Shown here: positions 9,724 to 19,607 of the stretch, one piece after another
How positions within the stretch are numbered: the first letter of the stretch is position 1
Layout of the letters: every line of letters begins with the position of its first letter
Source: Eubacterium sp.
Lineage (GTDB): Bacteria > Bacillota > Clostridia > Oscillospirales > Ruminococcaceae
Reading direction: 5' to 3'
Length of the DNA: 64,000 nt
NCBI GenBank assembly: GCA_031271685.1
Contig: JAISVH010000119.1
Span: 362-64,361, forward strand
The notes under the pieces: generated by a model
Told to the model about the DNA's origin: nothing
Databases searched by the model: none
The model's input: the letters and a program-made list of their open reading frames with translations, nothing else
Translations under genes and position numbers: made by a program

Positions 9724-10794
9724 TCATATCTCGTTTAAAACAGCCTTGCCCATTTCGCTGCAGGACAGTAACGACATGCCCGAACTCATTATATCAGCGG
9801 TGCGACAGCCTTTGTTAAGGGCGGAGTCCACCGCCTTTTCTATGTCGTTGGCCGCGGCTTCCATGTTAAGCGAAAACCTTAGCATCATAGCGGTGGATAG
9901 TATAGTCGCAAGCGGATTAGCTTTATCCTGCCCCGCTATATCCGGTGCCGAGCCGTGTATCGGCTCGTAAAGCCCGCACAAACCAACGCCTAAGCTGGCC
10001 GAAGGCAACATTCCAAGCGAACCGGTCAACATACTGGCTTCATCGGACAAGATATCCCCAAAAAGGTTTTCTGTCACGACAACGTCAAATTGGCGCGGAT
10101 TTCTAATCAGCTGCATGGCGGCGTTGTCTACCAACATATCAGATAACTCTAGATTTTTATATTCATTTTTTGAAAATTCTTGATGCACAATCTCTCGCCA
10201 AAGTCTTGACGAATCTAAAACGTTCGCTTTGTCAACGCTGATAACTTTTCCCCGTCTAAGCGAAGCCAACCGAAAAGCAACTTTGGCGATGCGGCTTATT
10301 TCATAATCTTTGTAGGCCATGGTGTCATAGGCGGTTCTATGTCCGTTTTCATCAATATAAGTCTCGCGCTTGCCGAAATATGCGCCCCCAATAAGTTCAC
10401 GGACAATTATCAAATCTATCTTTTGGCTATCTTTTAAAGGGCAGGCACCTGACAGCGCATCGATCAGTTTTACCGGTCGGATATTGGCGAATAGGCCCAA
10501 CGCTTTCCTAATTCCAAGCAGGCCGGCTTCGGGGCGCAAGTTACCTTCTCCTTTATCCCATTTTGGGCCGCCTACTGCTCCCAATAAAACGCTGTCGCTG
10601 TTTTTGCATATTTCGACCGTTTCCGCCGGGAGAGGTTCGCCTGTTTCATCAATCGCGATGCCGCCCATAAGCGCATAACTGAAATTAAAATGGGTATTGT
10701 ATCTCTCTCCTATTTTAGAAAGGATTTTTAACGCTTGTTCAACTATTTCGGGGCCTATGCCGTCGCCTTTTATTACCGCTATATTTTTTGTCAT
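9724..10794 (-). CDS. leuB: 3-isopropylmalate dehydrogenase
   Basis: 356 aa. [26 protein letters not shown] motif. Confidence 0.95.
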   Translation of the reverse strand: MTKNIAVIKGDGIGPEIVEQALKILSKIGERYNTHFNFSYALMGGIAIDETGEPLPAETVEICKNSDSVLLGAVGGPKWDKGEGNLRPEAGLLGIRKALGLFANIRPVKLIDALSGACPLKDSQKIDLIIVRELIGGAYFGKRETYIDENGHRTAYDTMAYKDYEISRIAKVAFRLASLRRGKVISVDKANVLDSSRLWREIVHQEFSKNEYKNLELSDMLVDNAAMQLIRNPRQFDVVVTENLFGDILSDEASMLTGSLGMLPSASLGVGLCGLYEPIHGSAPDIAGQDKANPLATILSTAMMLRFSLNMEAAANDIEKAVDSALNKGCRTADIMSSGMSLLSCSEMGKAVLNEI

Positions 10795-10796
10795 AA

Positions 10797-11282
10797 TTAC
10801 CTCTTTTTCAGAGAATTCAGCAATCCGCCCGCTTGGATTATTTCGCTTATAAATTCAGGGAATCCTTCGGCTTGATAGCTTTTATTTTTAGTTAAGTTTT
10901 CAATTTTTCCGGTTTCAAAGTTTACTTTAAGTTCATCGCCGCTTTGAATATCTTCCGCTGCTTCGGGACACTCCAGGATAGGAAGTCCGATATTTATGGA
11001 GTTTCTATAAAAAATCCGCGCAAAGGTATTGGCGATAACGCAGGAAACGCCGCTGTGCTTTATTGCTATAGGGGCATGTTCGCGTGAGCTGCCGCAGCCG
11101 AAATTGTCTTTTGCAACTATTATATCTCCTTTATTTACTTTTTTTACGAAATCGGCGTCGATATCCTCCATGCAATGTGAGGCCAATTCTTTAAAGTCGT
11201 TGGTGTTTAGATACCGTGCGGGGATTATAACGTCGGTATCAACGTTATCCCCATATTTAAAAGCTTTTCCGTGTGCGTTCAT
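10797..11282 (-). CDS. leuD: 3-isopropylmalate dehydratase small subunit
   Basis: 161 aa. [15 protein letters not shown] motif. Lies between leuC and leuB. Confidence 0.92.
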   Translation of the reverse strand: MNAHGKAFKYGDNVDTDVIIPARYLNTNDFKELASHCMEDIDADFVKKVNKGDIIVAKDNFGCGSSREHAPIAIKHSGVSCVIANTFARIFYRNSINIGLPILECPEAAEDIQSGDELKVNFETGKIENLTKNKSYQAEGFPEFISEIIQAGGLLNSLKKR

Positions 11283-11305
11283 TAATAAAATTTCCTTTCT
11301 GGTGC

Positions 11306-12565
11306 TTATTCGGGCATTGCGATTTTTCCGGCTATTGCACTTGCTGCGGCAATTTGTGGATTAGCAAGATATACTTCGCTTTCGGTATGCCCCATCCTTC
11401 CAACAAAATTGCGGTTGGTGGTAGCTACGGCGCGTTCGCCGGCCGCTAAAATTCCCATATGTCCTCCGAGACAAGGACCGCAGGTAGGGGTTGAAAAAGC
11501 GCAACCGGCATCTATAAATATTTTTGCTAGACCTTCTTCGATACATTCTAAAAATATCTTTTGCGTTGCGGGAATTACAATACAGCGCACTCCATGGTGT
11601 ATCTTTTTGCCTTTTAAAATTTGCGCAGCCTGCCGCATGTCATGGAGCCTGCCGTTAGTGCAGCTCCCGATAACGACCTGGTCGATTTTAACGTTTTCTA
11701 TTTCATCGATAGTCTTTGTGTTTTCCGGTAAATGCGGGAAAGACACCGTAGGTTTTATATACGATAGGTCTATGTCTATGACTTTTTCATATTCCGCGTC
11801 GCTGTCGGGAGTTACAAACTGATACTTTCGGGTTACCCTGCGATTGACATAAGCCAAAGTCACTTCGTCAACTTCGAAAATCCCGTTTTTGGCGCCTGCC
11901 TCTATTGCCATATTAGCGATGCAAAGACGGTCGTCGATATTCAGGCTTTTAAGACCTTCCCCGCCAAACTCCATGGACTTGTAAAGCGCGCCATCCACGC
12001 CTATTTTACCTATTATATGAAGGATAACGTCTTTTCCGCTTACGTAATTATCTGTTTGCAGACGCCCGATGATATTAAACCGTATTGCGCCGGGGACTTT
12101 GAACCATGCTTCTCCGGTCGCCATTCCCGCCGCTAAGTCGGTGGACCCGACACCGGTTGAAAAAGCCCCTAGCGCCCCATATGTGCAGGTATGGCTGTCT
12201 GCGCCTATTATCAACTCTCCGGGAGCTGTTAGTCCTTTTTCGGGTAGCAACGCGTGTTCAACCCCCATATCTCCAGTATCGTAAAAATGTTTTATATCAT
12301 ATTTTCGTGCGAATTCGCGGCATTTTTTGCACTGTTCAGCCGCTTTAATATCCTTGTTTGGCGCGAAATGATCCATTATCAGCGCGATTTTGCTTTTATC
12401 AAATACCGAATCAAATCCTGCATTTTCAAATTCACTGATAGCGACGGGGCTAGTGATATCATTTCCCAAAGCCAAATCAAGCTTGGCTTTTATGAGTTGA
12501 CCCGCTTTAACGCTGTGTTTCTCCGCGTGACGGGCAAGAATTTTTTGTGACATTGTCATTCCCAT
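11306..12565 (-). CDS. leuC: 3-isopropylmalate dehydratase large subunit
   Basis: Aconitase-family motifs GADSHT and GSCTNGR. Start moved to MGMTMSQ (12565), which follows AAGGAG. The listed 12616 start is an upstream extension. Confidence 0.92.
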   Translation of the reverse strand: MGMTMSQKILARHAEKHSVKAGQLIKAKLDLALGNDITSPVAISEFENAGFDSVFDKSKIALIMDHFAPNKDIKAAEQCKKCREFARKYDIKHFYDTGDMGVEHALLPEKGLTAPGELIIGADSHTCTYGALGAFSTGVGSTDLAAGMATGEAWFKVPGAIRFNIIGRLQTDNYVSGKDVILHIIGKIGVDGALYKSMEFGGEGLKSLNIDDRLCIANMAIEAGAKNGIFEVDEVTLAYVNRRVTRKYQFVTPDSDAEYEKVIDIDLSYIKPTVSFPHLPENTKTIDEIENVKIDQVVIGSCTNGRLHDMRQAAQILKGKKIHHGVRCIVIPATQKIFLECIEEGLAKIFIDAGCAFSTPTCGPCLGGHMGILAAGERAVATTNRNFVGRMGHTESEVYLANPQIAAASAIAGKIAMPE

Positions 12566-12589
12566 AAATAGCTCCTTTTTCTTTTTGAG

Positions 12590-12690
12590 ATGAAACAAAA
12601 AAATACAAATACTCAAACGGTAAAACTTTTAGCTTGTCTTACATGACAAAACTACGTAAAGTTAGCATGATACCGTCTGAGTATTTAAAA
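12590..12690 (-). promoter_or_regulatory. leuCDB leader with a long-range stem plus U-run (candidate attenuator)
   Basis: On the minus strand, AAATACTCAGACGGTA pairs with TACCGTTTGAGTATTT around a 48-nt loop and is followed by GTATTTTTTTG. No T-box motifs were seen. Confidence 0.45.
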
Positions 12691-12749
12691 ATGTTTATTA
12701 TATCCCCATTCTAACACGTAATTTTTATCTTGCGCTTTAAAAAATACTT

Positions 12750-12996
12750 AATAGTCAGTAACACACCTTAAGGTGTGCCGGCGGACTTTGCCAGCTATTT
12801 ATTGCCCATGCAACAAATACTCGGCAATTATTACGCGTCTTTTGCCGCCAAACCGCTTTAATTTTTCCTTAAATATCAATGGATATTCGCGTCAAAATTG
12901 CATTGTTTGACGACAAAAATCCTACGTTATATTTTGTCTGCTGTTTGTTGCAAGGGCAATAAAAACCCTTTATGGTTTTTAAATTGACTGACTATA
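12750..12996. repeat. Repeat locus R4: F right half interrupted by element H
   Basis: AATAGTCAGTAACACACCTTAAGG...GCCAGCTATT-TA-[H]-TA-AAAACCCTTTATGGTTTTTAAATTGACTGACTATA. Compare the intact copy at 31945-32021. Confidence 0.85.
12802..12959. mobile_element. MITE-like element H, copy 1 (158 bp, 16-bp TIR TTGCCCATGCAACAAA, flanked by TA/TA)
   Basis: TIRs and long imperfect hairpin arms. About 85% identical by eye to 55374..55527. Inserted in an F element whose paralogs show the empty site. Confidence 0.8.
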
Positions 12997-13074
12997 TCAA
13001 TAACATTACCTATCTTAGCGCTTTTTATAATATATCATAATATAATCAATTTGTCAAGGCCGGTGATGCCGCGG

Positions 13075-15750
13075 TTATATCGTTTTTTTACGTGCTGCCT
13101 TAAATAGCTTTACTATTCCGCTTAGCGCAGGAAGAACGAACGACAGTCCTAAAACTATTAATAGGTTATTGGCGTTTAGCGGCGTTGTGCTGAATATCTT
13201 GGACAGCAGCCCGGTGCAGGTTAGCAGAAAAACAATCGTTAACGAAAAAATAACCGCTAAAATAAGTTTAGGGTTTTTTAAATAAGCGGCGTTAAAAATT
13301 CCTCGTGTATCATCTTTACATTCGAAAACAAAGATAAGCTGTGAAAGGGCGAGAGTGCCGAACGCGGCGGTGCGGCCCGCCTCAAATCCCTGGTCGTTGA
13401 ATACCAACATAAACGATAAGAGGGTGGAAAAGCCTATTACAAGACCGCGGATTATTATTTTTGCCGCTATTCCGCCTGCAAAAACACTCTCGTTAGACTT
13501 TCGCGGCGGGCGTGACATAATGCCGTCGGTTGGTGGTTCCATACTTAGGGCTATCGCTGGGAGTCCGTCGGTCACCAGATTTATAAGCAGTATCTGTATA
13601 GGGATCAGCACCACCGGCATGCCCAAAGCCATCGAGACAAACATAGTGATTACCTCTCCGATATTGCAGGAAAGCATATAGCGGATAAATTTTCTTATAT
13701 TGTCATAAATGGTACGCCCCTGCTCTATAGTTGAAACCAGAGTGGCAAAATTGTCGTCTAGCAGGATTATCTGGGCTGCCTCTTTAGTAACGTCAGTGCC
13801 GGTTATTCCCATAGCGACCCCTATAGCGGCCTCTTTTACAGCGGGCGCGTCGTTTACACCGTCTCCAGTCATGGCTACCGTGGCTCCTTTTGCCTTTAGC
13901 GCCCTAACTATCCTAAGTTTGTCAGAAGGAGAGACGCGCGCGAATACCGAAATGGTTTTGAGCGCTTCACTTAGTTTGTTATCGCTCATACGCGACAGTT
14001 CATCGCCGGTTAGCGCCGTTGATTTTTGTTCGGTATGATCGTTTTCGTTAAAATTGGAATAATGCCTTACAAAGTGTGCTGCGCTGCCGGAGGCGTTAAC
14101 GGATGTATTAGGTTTGTTGTTTACTGAATTTATAATACCTGCCTGCCGCGCTATCTCGCAGGCGGTGACTTTATGGTCGCCAGTCAACATTATAACGCGA
14201 ACGCCGGCCTTTTTACATTTTATCACGGCCGACCTTGCTTCAGGTCGAATGGGATCGCTTAAACCAACGATCCCAATAAAAACATACTCTCCGCCGACTT
14301 TATAGGCAAAGCCCAATGTTCTTAAGGCTTTGGCAGCCATATCCTCTGCGGCGCCCAGTATTTCCATTCTTCTTTGTATATTTAAAACCGCAAGATTGTC
14401 ATTAATCATTACGCGCCCGCATTTTGTCATGATAACGTCTACCGCGCCTTTAAGGAACTCGGTGCTTACTCCGGCAGAGTTTTTAACCGTTACGCTCATG
14501 TAGCGGGCGCTGCTGTCGAACGGCACCTCAAAAGTGCGAACATATCCTTCGCTGTTTATGCCATACTTGTCTGCTGCAGACAGCAGAGCGGTTTCGGTAG
14601 GGTCGCCCGAATATGTATTGCCTGTTTTTCTGGTGGCGTTATTGCAAAGAGCGGCACAGAGAAAAAGCATCTGATCTTCTTTTGATTTCGTTTCGCTTTC
14701 GGGAGACTCGAACTTATTATTTATATAAATAGATGTCACGTTCATTTTATTTTGGGTTATGGTGCCTGTTTTGTCTGTGCAGATAACGTTAGTGCAGCCC
14801 AGGGTTTCTACGGAGTGAAGCTTGTTTACTATTGCGTTTTGCTTATAAATGCGCCGTACTGCCAAAGCAAGTGAAATGGTCACAGTGGCGGGCAATCCTT
14901 CAGGGATGGCGGCAACCGCAAGCGATATGCCGGTCAACAACATGTCAAATGGCGCGAAACCTCGCAGTATACCGGCGATGCTGACCAAGACACAGATGAT
15001 TATGCAGGATGCGCCGATAACCTTGCTTAGTCCCGCAAGACGGTTTTGCAGCGGTGTTTTTTCTTCTTTAATATTTGTTAAAAGGCCGGATACCAGACCC
15101 ATTTGGGTGGTCAGTCCCGTATTTATCACTTCTCCCAGTCCGTGCCCTTTTATGACTACCGTCCCCATATAACAAACTGTTTTTTGATTAAGTTCGTTAC
15201 TTTTGTTTTTACCCGCGTATTTATTTACCGGAATGCTTTCGCCGGTCAACATCGCTTCGTCGCATTCTAGCGCCATTGCCTCTGTGATACGGCAGTCGGC
15301 CGGAATTTTAGCCCCGGCTTTGAAGGCTATTACATCGCCGCGCACTAATTTTGAGGCGGGAATTGTTATTAACCTGCCGTCTCTGTATACGTCGGCGGAG
15401 GGGGCGGCGATTTTTTTAAGGGCCTCAAGAGTTTTTTCCGCTCTATATTCTTGTATAAACCCTAAAGCCGCGTTTAACACTACAATAATAATGATTATCA
15501 GCGCGTCAAGCCACTCGCCGAGTGCGGCGCTCACCGCTGTCGCAGCTAGGAGTATCATAACCATCGTATCCTTAAATTGTCCAGCAAAAACCGAAAGAGC
15601 TCCGCTTTTTTTATTTTCTGACAAGCGGTTCTCCCCGTCTTCGTTAAGTCGCTTTTCAGCTTCTCTTGTGGTTAGTCCCGTTTTTTTATTCAAGCTGATC
15701 CCCCCAATATTATATACTGTCTGATATATAAACCCTGCGGCCTTGTCCAA
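13075..15750 (-). CDS. P-type cation-transporting ATPase (P2, Ca2+-type)
   Basis: TGES, DKTGTITQN, MLTGDHKVTA, TGDGVNDAPA and PEGLPA motifs. About 10 predicted TM segments. Confidence 0.9.
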   Translation of the reverse strand: MDKAAGFIYQTVYNIGGISLNKKTGLTTREAEKRLNEDGENRLSENKKSGALSVFAGQFKDTMVMILLAATAVSAALGEWLDALIIIIIVVLNAALGFIQEYRAEKTLEALKKIAAPSADVYRDGRLITIPASKLVRGDVIAFKAGAKIPADCRITEAMALECDEAMLTGESIPVNKYAGKNKSNELNQKTVCYMGTVVIKGHGLGEVINTGLTTQMGLVSGLLTNIKEEKTPLQNRLAGLSKVIGASCIIICVLVSIAGILRGFAPFDMLLTGISLAVAAIPEGLPATVTISLALAVRRIYKQNAIVNKLHSVETLGCTNVICTDKTGTITQNKMNVTSIYINNKFESPESETKSKEDQMLFLCAALCNNATRKTGNTYSGDPTETALLSAADKYGINSEGYVRTFEVPFDSSARYMSVTVKNSAGVSTEFLKGAVDVIMTKCGRVMINDNLAVLNIQRRMEILGAAEDMAAKALRTLGFAYKVGGEYVFIGIVGLSDPIRPEARSAVIKCKKAGVRVIMLTGDHKVTACEIARQAGIINSVNNKPNTSVNASGSAAHFVRHYSNFNENDHTEQKSTALTGDELSRMSDNKLSEALKTISVFARVSPSDKLRIVRALKAKGATVAMTGDGVNDAPAVKEAAIGVAMGITGTDVTKEAAQIILLDDNFATLVSTIEQGRTIYDNIRKFIRYMLSCNIGEVITMFVSMALGMPVVLIPIQILLINLVTDGLPAIALSMEPPTDGIMSRPPRKSNESVFAGGIAAKIIIRGLVIGFSTLLSFMLVFNDQGFEAGRTAAFGTLALSQLIFVFECKDDTRGIFNAAYLKNPKLILAVIFSLTIVFLLTCTGLLSKIFSTTPLNANNLLIVLGLSFVLPALSGIVKLFKAARKKTI

Positions 15751-15795
15751 TAATATGATAAAAAAATAATTTTTATACTTTTTTGTGAAAACCTA

Positions 15796-15823
15796 TTGAC
15801 AATTAGAAAATATGTGCTACAAT
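15796..15823 (+). promoter_or_regulatory. Promoter of the GntR-ABC operon
   Basis: TTGACA, 16 nt, TACAAT, with TGn extended -10. Confidence 0.65.
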
Positions 15824-15824
15824 A

Positions 15825-15853
15825 TAACTGTATTAATACAAATGATACAGTTA
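15825..15853 (+). promoter_or_regulatory. Candidate GntR/YtrA operator
   Basis: Perfect 9-bp inverted repeat TAACTGTAT-n11-ATACAGTTA. It contains the palindrome GTATTAATAC, lies just after the -10, and precedes the RBS. Confidence 0.6.
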
Positions 15854-15871
15854 TCAGAAAGGAGTGATATT

Positions 15872-16249
15872 GTGTTTTCGCTTGATTTAAAAGGAGGCTT
15901 GCCGTTATACGAGCAGCTTTATGGGCGTATATCTGAACTTATAATGTCGGGTACGCTTGCCGAGGACGAAAAGCTTCCCACGGTGAGAGAAGTGGCAAAA
16001 GATCTTGGAATAAATCCAAATACAGTCCAAAAGGCCTATAGATCTCTAGAACAGGACAATCTCATTTATTCGGTTCCGGCAAAAGGGAGTTATATTGCGA
16101 AACGAGACGATGCCGTCAGCATCGTAAGAGAAAAAGCCATGTCCGAGTTCGGAGCGGCGGCTGAAACAGCTGTCAGACGCGGTATAACAAAGCAACAGCT
16201 TCACATGAGAATAGATTTGATAGTAGTAAAGGAGGAAGAGTATATATGA
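15872..16249 (+). CDS. GntR-family transcriptional regulator (short YtrA-like subfamily)
   Basis: Winged-HTH segment KLPTVREVAKDLGINPNTVQKAYRSLE. GTG start at 15872 follows AAAGGAG. The listed 15812 start lies within the promoter/operator. Confidence 0.85.
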   Translation: MFSLDLKGGLPLYEQLYGRISELIMSGTLAEDEKLPTVREVAKDLGINPNTVQKAYRSLEQDNLIYSVPAKGSYIAKRDDAVSIVREKAMSEFGAAAETAVRRGITKQQLHMRIDLIVVKEEEYI

Positions 16250-17163
16250 TAGCGCTTAAAAACGTGACCAAAATATTTGATGGCTTTATTGCTCTGGATC
16301 AAATCAACCTTGACATAAAAAAGGGCACGGCGTTTGGCCTGCTTGGGTCAAACGGGGCAGGAAAATCAACGGTTTTGCGACTTATCTCCGGGATATACAA
16401 AACAGATTCGGGATCTGTTTCAGCGGATGGCAAAGAGACCTATGACAACCCCGAAATTTTAAAAAAAATATTCTTTATCAATGATGAGACGATCCAATGG
16501 AACAATTTTACCATGTCGGAAATGAGGGATTATTTTAAAACTTTTTATGACGCTTTTTCAGAAGAAAAATATCGCAGTCTCTGGAATATACTAAAGCTTC
16601 CGCAGAACAAAAGATTGGCTGTTTTTTCAAAGGGTATGAAACGTCAGGCAGTAATGATTTGCGCGTTGGCCTGTCGCCCGGAATATCTTCTGCTCGATGA
16701 GGCGTTCGACGGACTGGATCCTACTATGAGGATAATAGTTAAGCGCATGCTGGTTGACGAAATGTTGGACGGAAACATGACGGCGGTAATCTCGTCGCAT
16801 AATCTTAAAGAAATAGATGAATTCTGTGACAGCGCCGGCTTGCTTCATAAGGGGCATATGGTTTTTAACCGCGAGCTGGATTCTCTTAAATCGGATATAC
16901 AAAAAATCCAAACGGCGTTCGATGCGGATGTTACGGAAGAAAAGATTAGAGAGATAGGGCTTACGCTGCTTCATTATAGCAAGAGCGGCAGCGTGGTTTA
17001 TCTGATAGCAAGGGGCAAGGCGGATGAAATAAACGAGAGGCTTTCGGTTTATGAGCCGAAATTTATCGATGCGGTCCCCTTAACTTTAGAAGAAATATTT
17101 ATCTATGAAATGGAGGTGCTGGGATATGAATACACCGGCGGTATTGACGGACTTAAAAAATAA
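16246..17163 (+). CDS. ABC transporter ATP-binding protein (YtrB-like)
   Basis: Walker A GSNGAGKST and Walker B LLLDEAFDGLD. Start overlaps the GntR stop codon. Confidence 0.9.
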   Translation: MIALKNVTKIFDGFIALDQINLDIKKGTAFGLLGSNGAGKSTVLRLISGIYKTDSGSVSADGKETYDNPEILKKIFFINDETIQWNNFTMSEMRDYFKTFYDAFSEEKYRSLWNILKLPQNKRLAVFSKGMKRQAVMICALACRPEYLLLDEAFDGLDPTMRIIVKRMLVDEMLDGNMTAVISSHNLKEIDEFCDSAGLLHKGHMVFNRELDSLKSDIQKIQTAFDADVTEEKIREIGLTLLHYSKSGSVVYLIARGKADEINERLSVYEPKFIDAVPLTLEEIFIYEMEVLGYEYTGGIDGLKK

Positions 17164-19315
17164 ATCAAAACTTTTGAGTTATGCTGTTTATAAAATAAAG
17201 GCGGCGCGCGCAAAGCTTATATTAAACGTTATTTTCGCGGCGCTAGCATTTCCCGCCGCGTCTGTGGCCGCTTGCATAATTTCATCTATCACGCCTGATT
17301 CCCAGTTTTATGAAGAATTCAGTAATATTTCGATAATACTGACAAGCCTGTGCTCTGTTTCGCTTTTCAGCATGGCATTGCTCACCTATTTGAACGGCGC
17401 GCAAATTTTTGACTATTACTGCAAGCGCTCGGTTGTGGATATCAATTATTCTCTTCCGCTAACCCGCAAAGAACGGTTTTGGGGCGACTTTATGGCGGGG
17501 GTGTTGCCCAATCTGATTCTTTATGTCCTAAGCTCCGCTCTGGCGGTGATAATTCTTTTTTTCGGAAAGCCGTCTCAAATATTTTCAAGCGAATCGGCAT
17601 GGCCTATTATTTTTAAAATAATACTGACCGGATTTGTATTTTTAATATTTTTATACACTATGGTGGTGTTTTGCACTTCGCTTAGCGGGCGGATGTTTGA
17701 AGCTCTGGTTTATCCCTTTGTGTTTAGCGGGCTGGTTCCGGCGCTTATCTCTTTGTTTTTCGTTATGGCTATAAGGCATCCATCGCTTATTTATGATGAA
17801 ATAATGGTCAAAACTCTTATTGCTACGTCTCCTATGGGGTTTTTAGCCGGTTCGTTCGCAGGGTTTATGGGTGGATTAGACGGTTCCCCTTACGCTTTTA
17901 CCCCGGCGCTAACGCCGGAAATAATAATTCCCTTGTTGGTTATAATAGCGATATTTGTCGCAGCTTCGGCCTATCTTGCCCAAAAAAGGGTGACTGAGCG
18001 AGTTGGAACACCCTTCGTGTTTAAAGCCGTTTATCACATCTATCTTTCGGCTATAATTTTCGTTATAACATCACTTTTCATTTTTGGCAGCAATATGGCT
18101 GACGGCACATTTTTAAGCCCCTCAATGTTTTTCGCGGTATTTATTACCACCGCGTTCACATTTTTAATAGTAGAAGTAATAACCAACCGAGGGTTTAAAA
18201 AGATGCATGTTGCGGCAATAAGATATGCGGCGACTGTAGCAGGCTCATTATTGCTGGGATTTGCCTTATATGCCTGCGACAGCTTTGGTTTATACAAAAA
18301 AGTGCCTGAACCCGCACAGGTCTCTTCGTTTGAGTTGTCATCCGTTTATTTGTATGACTATGGAAGGAATATAGACGCCGTATATCGCATACTTGACGGA
18401 AGCAATTACGCTTATATTAGATTTGGCGATAATAAGTCCAAATTTGAAAATCTTGAAAATATTGAAACGATGGTTTCCTGCCATTTAAAAACCGTTAAAA
18501 ACGACAACCAGGGCGCGAACTTTATGATATCATATAATTTAAAAAATGGGGGGAAGCTGGAAAGGCGTATTTTTATTGAAACGGCTGAACAGAGAAATAT
18601 GATGGCCGACATATTGACATCGGCTGAATATCGCGAAAGAGAGCTTGCGGCATTTGAGAAGCTGATTAATTTTAATGAAAACGGAGAAATAAGCAGGGTC
18701 AATATGTATAACGGACATGACGTTAACGCTTCAAACATAGCGATCGAAGACAGGCATGGTTTTTTCGAGGCCTTTAAATCAGACTATCTGTTAGGAAAAA
18801 AAGATGGCGAACTTGGCGAATATTTGGGGACCGTGAGTATATCGGCATCGGAGTATAGAGACGCTATACGTAATGAAAGCATGCTTTATTTTGGTATAAG
18901 CGATTTAGAGTTCAACATTTTCAGTGGATATGAAAATACGGTTAAATTTTTAATCGGGATGAATTATCCGATAAATTTTGATTATAGCAAGCTTTATGAC
19001 AGCGAAATCTTTATAGGGAATTATGAAAATTCCGGATATAAGTATACGAATTGTGTAATCACAGACTGGGAGAACGACGAACGAGTGTTAACTCTTTTAA
19101 AATACTCGTTTCCAAGCAGCGTTTATACTGACTCAATAACTATAGACGCAAGCGGGATGAAGGAAACCCTTATCGTACCGGAGTATCTTATAGATCTTGC
19201 GAAAGAGGTCATAGATGAATACGGAGCTGCAAACGAGGGCGCGTTTGACGGCGAAGTAATCGGCGAATCACTTGGCGATAGCAATGCAATGGTTTATTAC
19301 CGTGAAACGGCATAA
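17126..19315 (+). CDS. Large ABC-associated membrane permease with a C-terminal soluble domain of about 330 aa
   Basis: About 10-12 hydrophobic segments in the first 400 aa, then a hydrophilic Y/E/N-rich domain. Overlaps the upstream ATPase gene. Confidence 0.7.
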   Translation: MNTPAVLTDLKNKSKLLSYAVYKIKAARAKLILNVIFAALAFPAASVAACIISSITPDSQFYEEFSNISIILTSLCSVSLFSMALLTYLNGAQIFDYYCKRSVVDINYSLPLTRKERFWGDFMAGVLPNLILYVLSSALAVIILFFGKPSQIFSSESAWPIIFKIILTGFVFLIFLYTMVVFCTSLSGRMFEALVYPFVFSGLVPALISLFFVMAIRHPSLIYDEIMVKTLIATSPMGFLAGSFAGFMGGLDGSPYAFTPALTPEIIIPLLVIIAIFVAASAYLAQKRVTERVGTPFVFKAVYHIYLSAIIFVITSLFIFGSNMADGTFLSPSMFFAVFITTAFTFLIVEVITNRGFKKMHVAAIRYAATVAGSLLLGFALYACDSFGLYKKVPEPAQVSSFELSSVYLYDYGRNIDAVYRILDGSNYAYIRFGDNKSKFENLENIETMVSCHLKTVKNDNQGANFMISYNLKNGGKLERRIFIETAEQRNMMADILTSAEYRERELAAFEKLINFNENGEISRVNMYNGHDVNASNIAIEDRHGFFEAFKSDYLLGKKDGELGEYLGTVSISASEYRDAIRNESMLYFGISDLEFNIFSGYENTVKFLIGMNYPINFDYSKLYDSEIFIGNYENSGYKYTNCVITDWENDERVLTLLKYSFPSSVYTDSITIDASGMKETLIVPEYLIDLAKEVIDEYGAANEGAFDGEVIGESLGDSNAMVYYRETA

Positions 19316-19337
19316 AGTTTTAAAAGAGACCGTACAG

Positions 19338-19483
19338 CTATAGGCTTATCAAAATTATAGTAAATTATAGCGAATTGCGTAAACATGGAAGCGAAATCCA
19401 TGTTTACGCCCGTCGCCGAAAGCGGCGCACCGCGGCAAAGCCACTGAGTTTATAGCATTTTGAAAACAGAGTAAAAAATAGCG
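19338..19483. repeat. Repeat locus R5: L fragment, C module, D fragment
   Basis: TATAGCGAATTGCGTAAACATGG...CCATGTTTACG...CGCCGAAAGCGGCG...TATAGCATTTTGAAAAC. Confidence 0.8.
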
Positions 19484-19538
19484 CAAAAATTGAATGTTCT
19501 ACACGCAGAATTAGCGCTATGTTGTATTAAATTAACAT

Positions 19539-19567
19539 TTGACAAAAATATAACATTTTGTTAAAAT
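19539..19567 (+). promoter_or_regulatory. Promoter of the GT2 gene
   Basis: TTGACA, 17 nt, TAAAAT. Confidence 0.55.
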
Positions 19568-19607
19568 AATATTGAGTTTAAATTTAAAGGAGATACTTAA
19601 AAGCATT

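Noticed and set aside
12566-12616. N-terminal extensions proposed by the ORF track for leuC (12616), the dacB-like gene (38399), nnr (63872), HK1 (40742), the GntR gene (15812) and rpmF (34998).
   Set aside because: In each case an internal start with a good Shine-Dalgarno sequence matches the family-typical N-terminus. The extensions run through promoters, leaders or repeat modules.
12566-12800. A T-box riboswitch upstream of leuC.
   Set aside because: I could not find the conserved T-box sequence, the AG bulge/GNUGNA elements or a specifier-loop context. The leader between the candidate -10 and the RBS is only about 110 nt. It is reported as an unclassified attenuator candidate instead.
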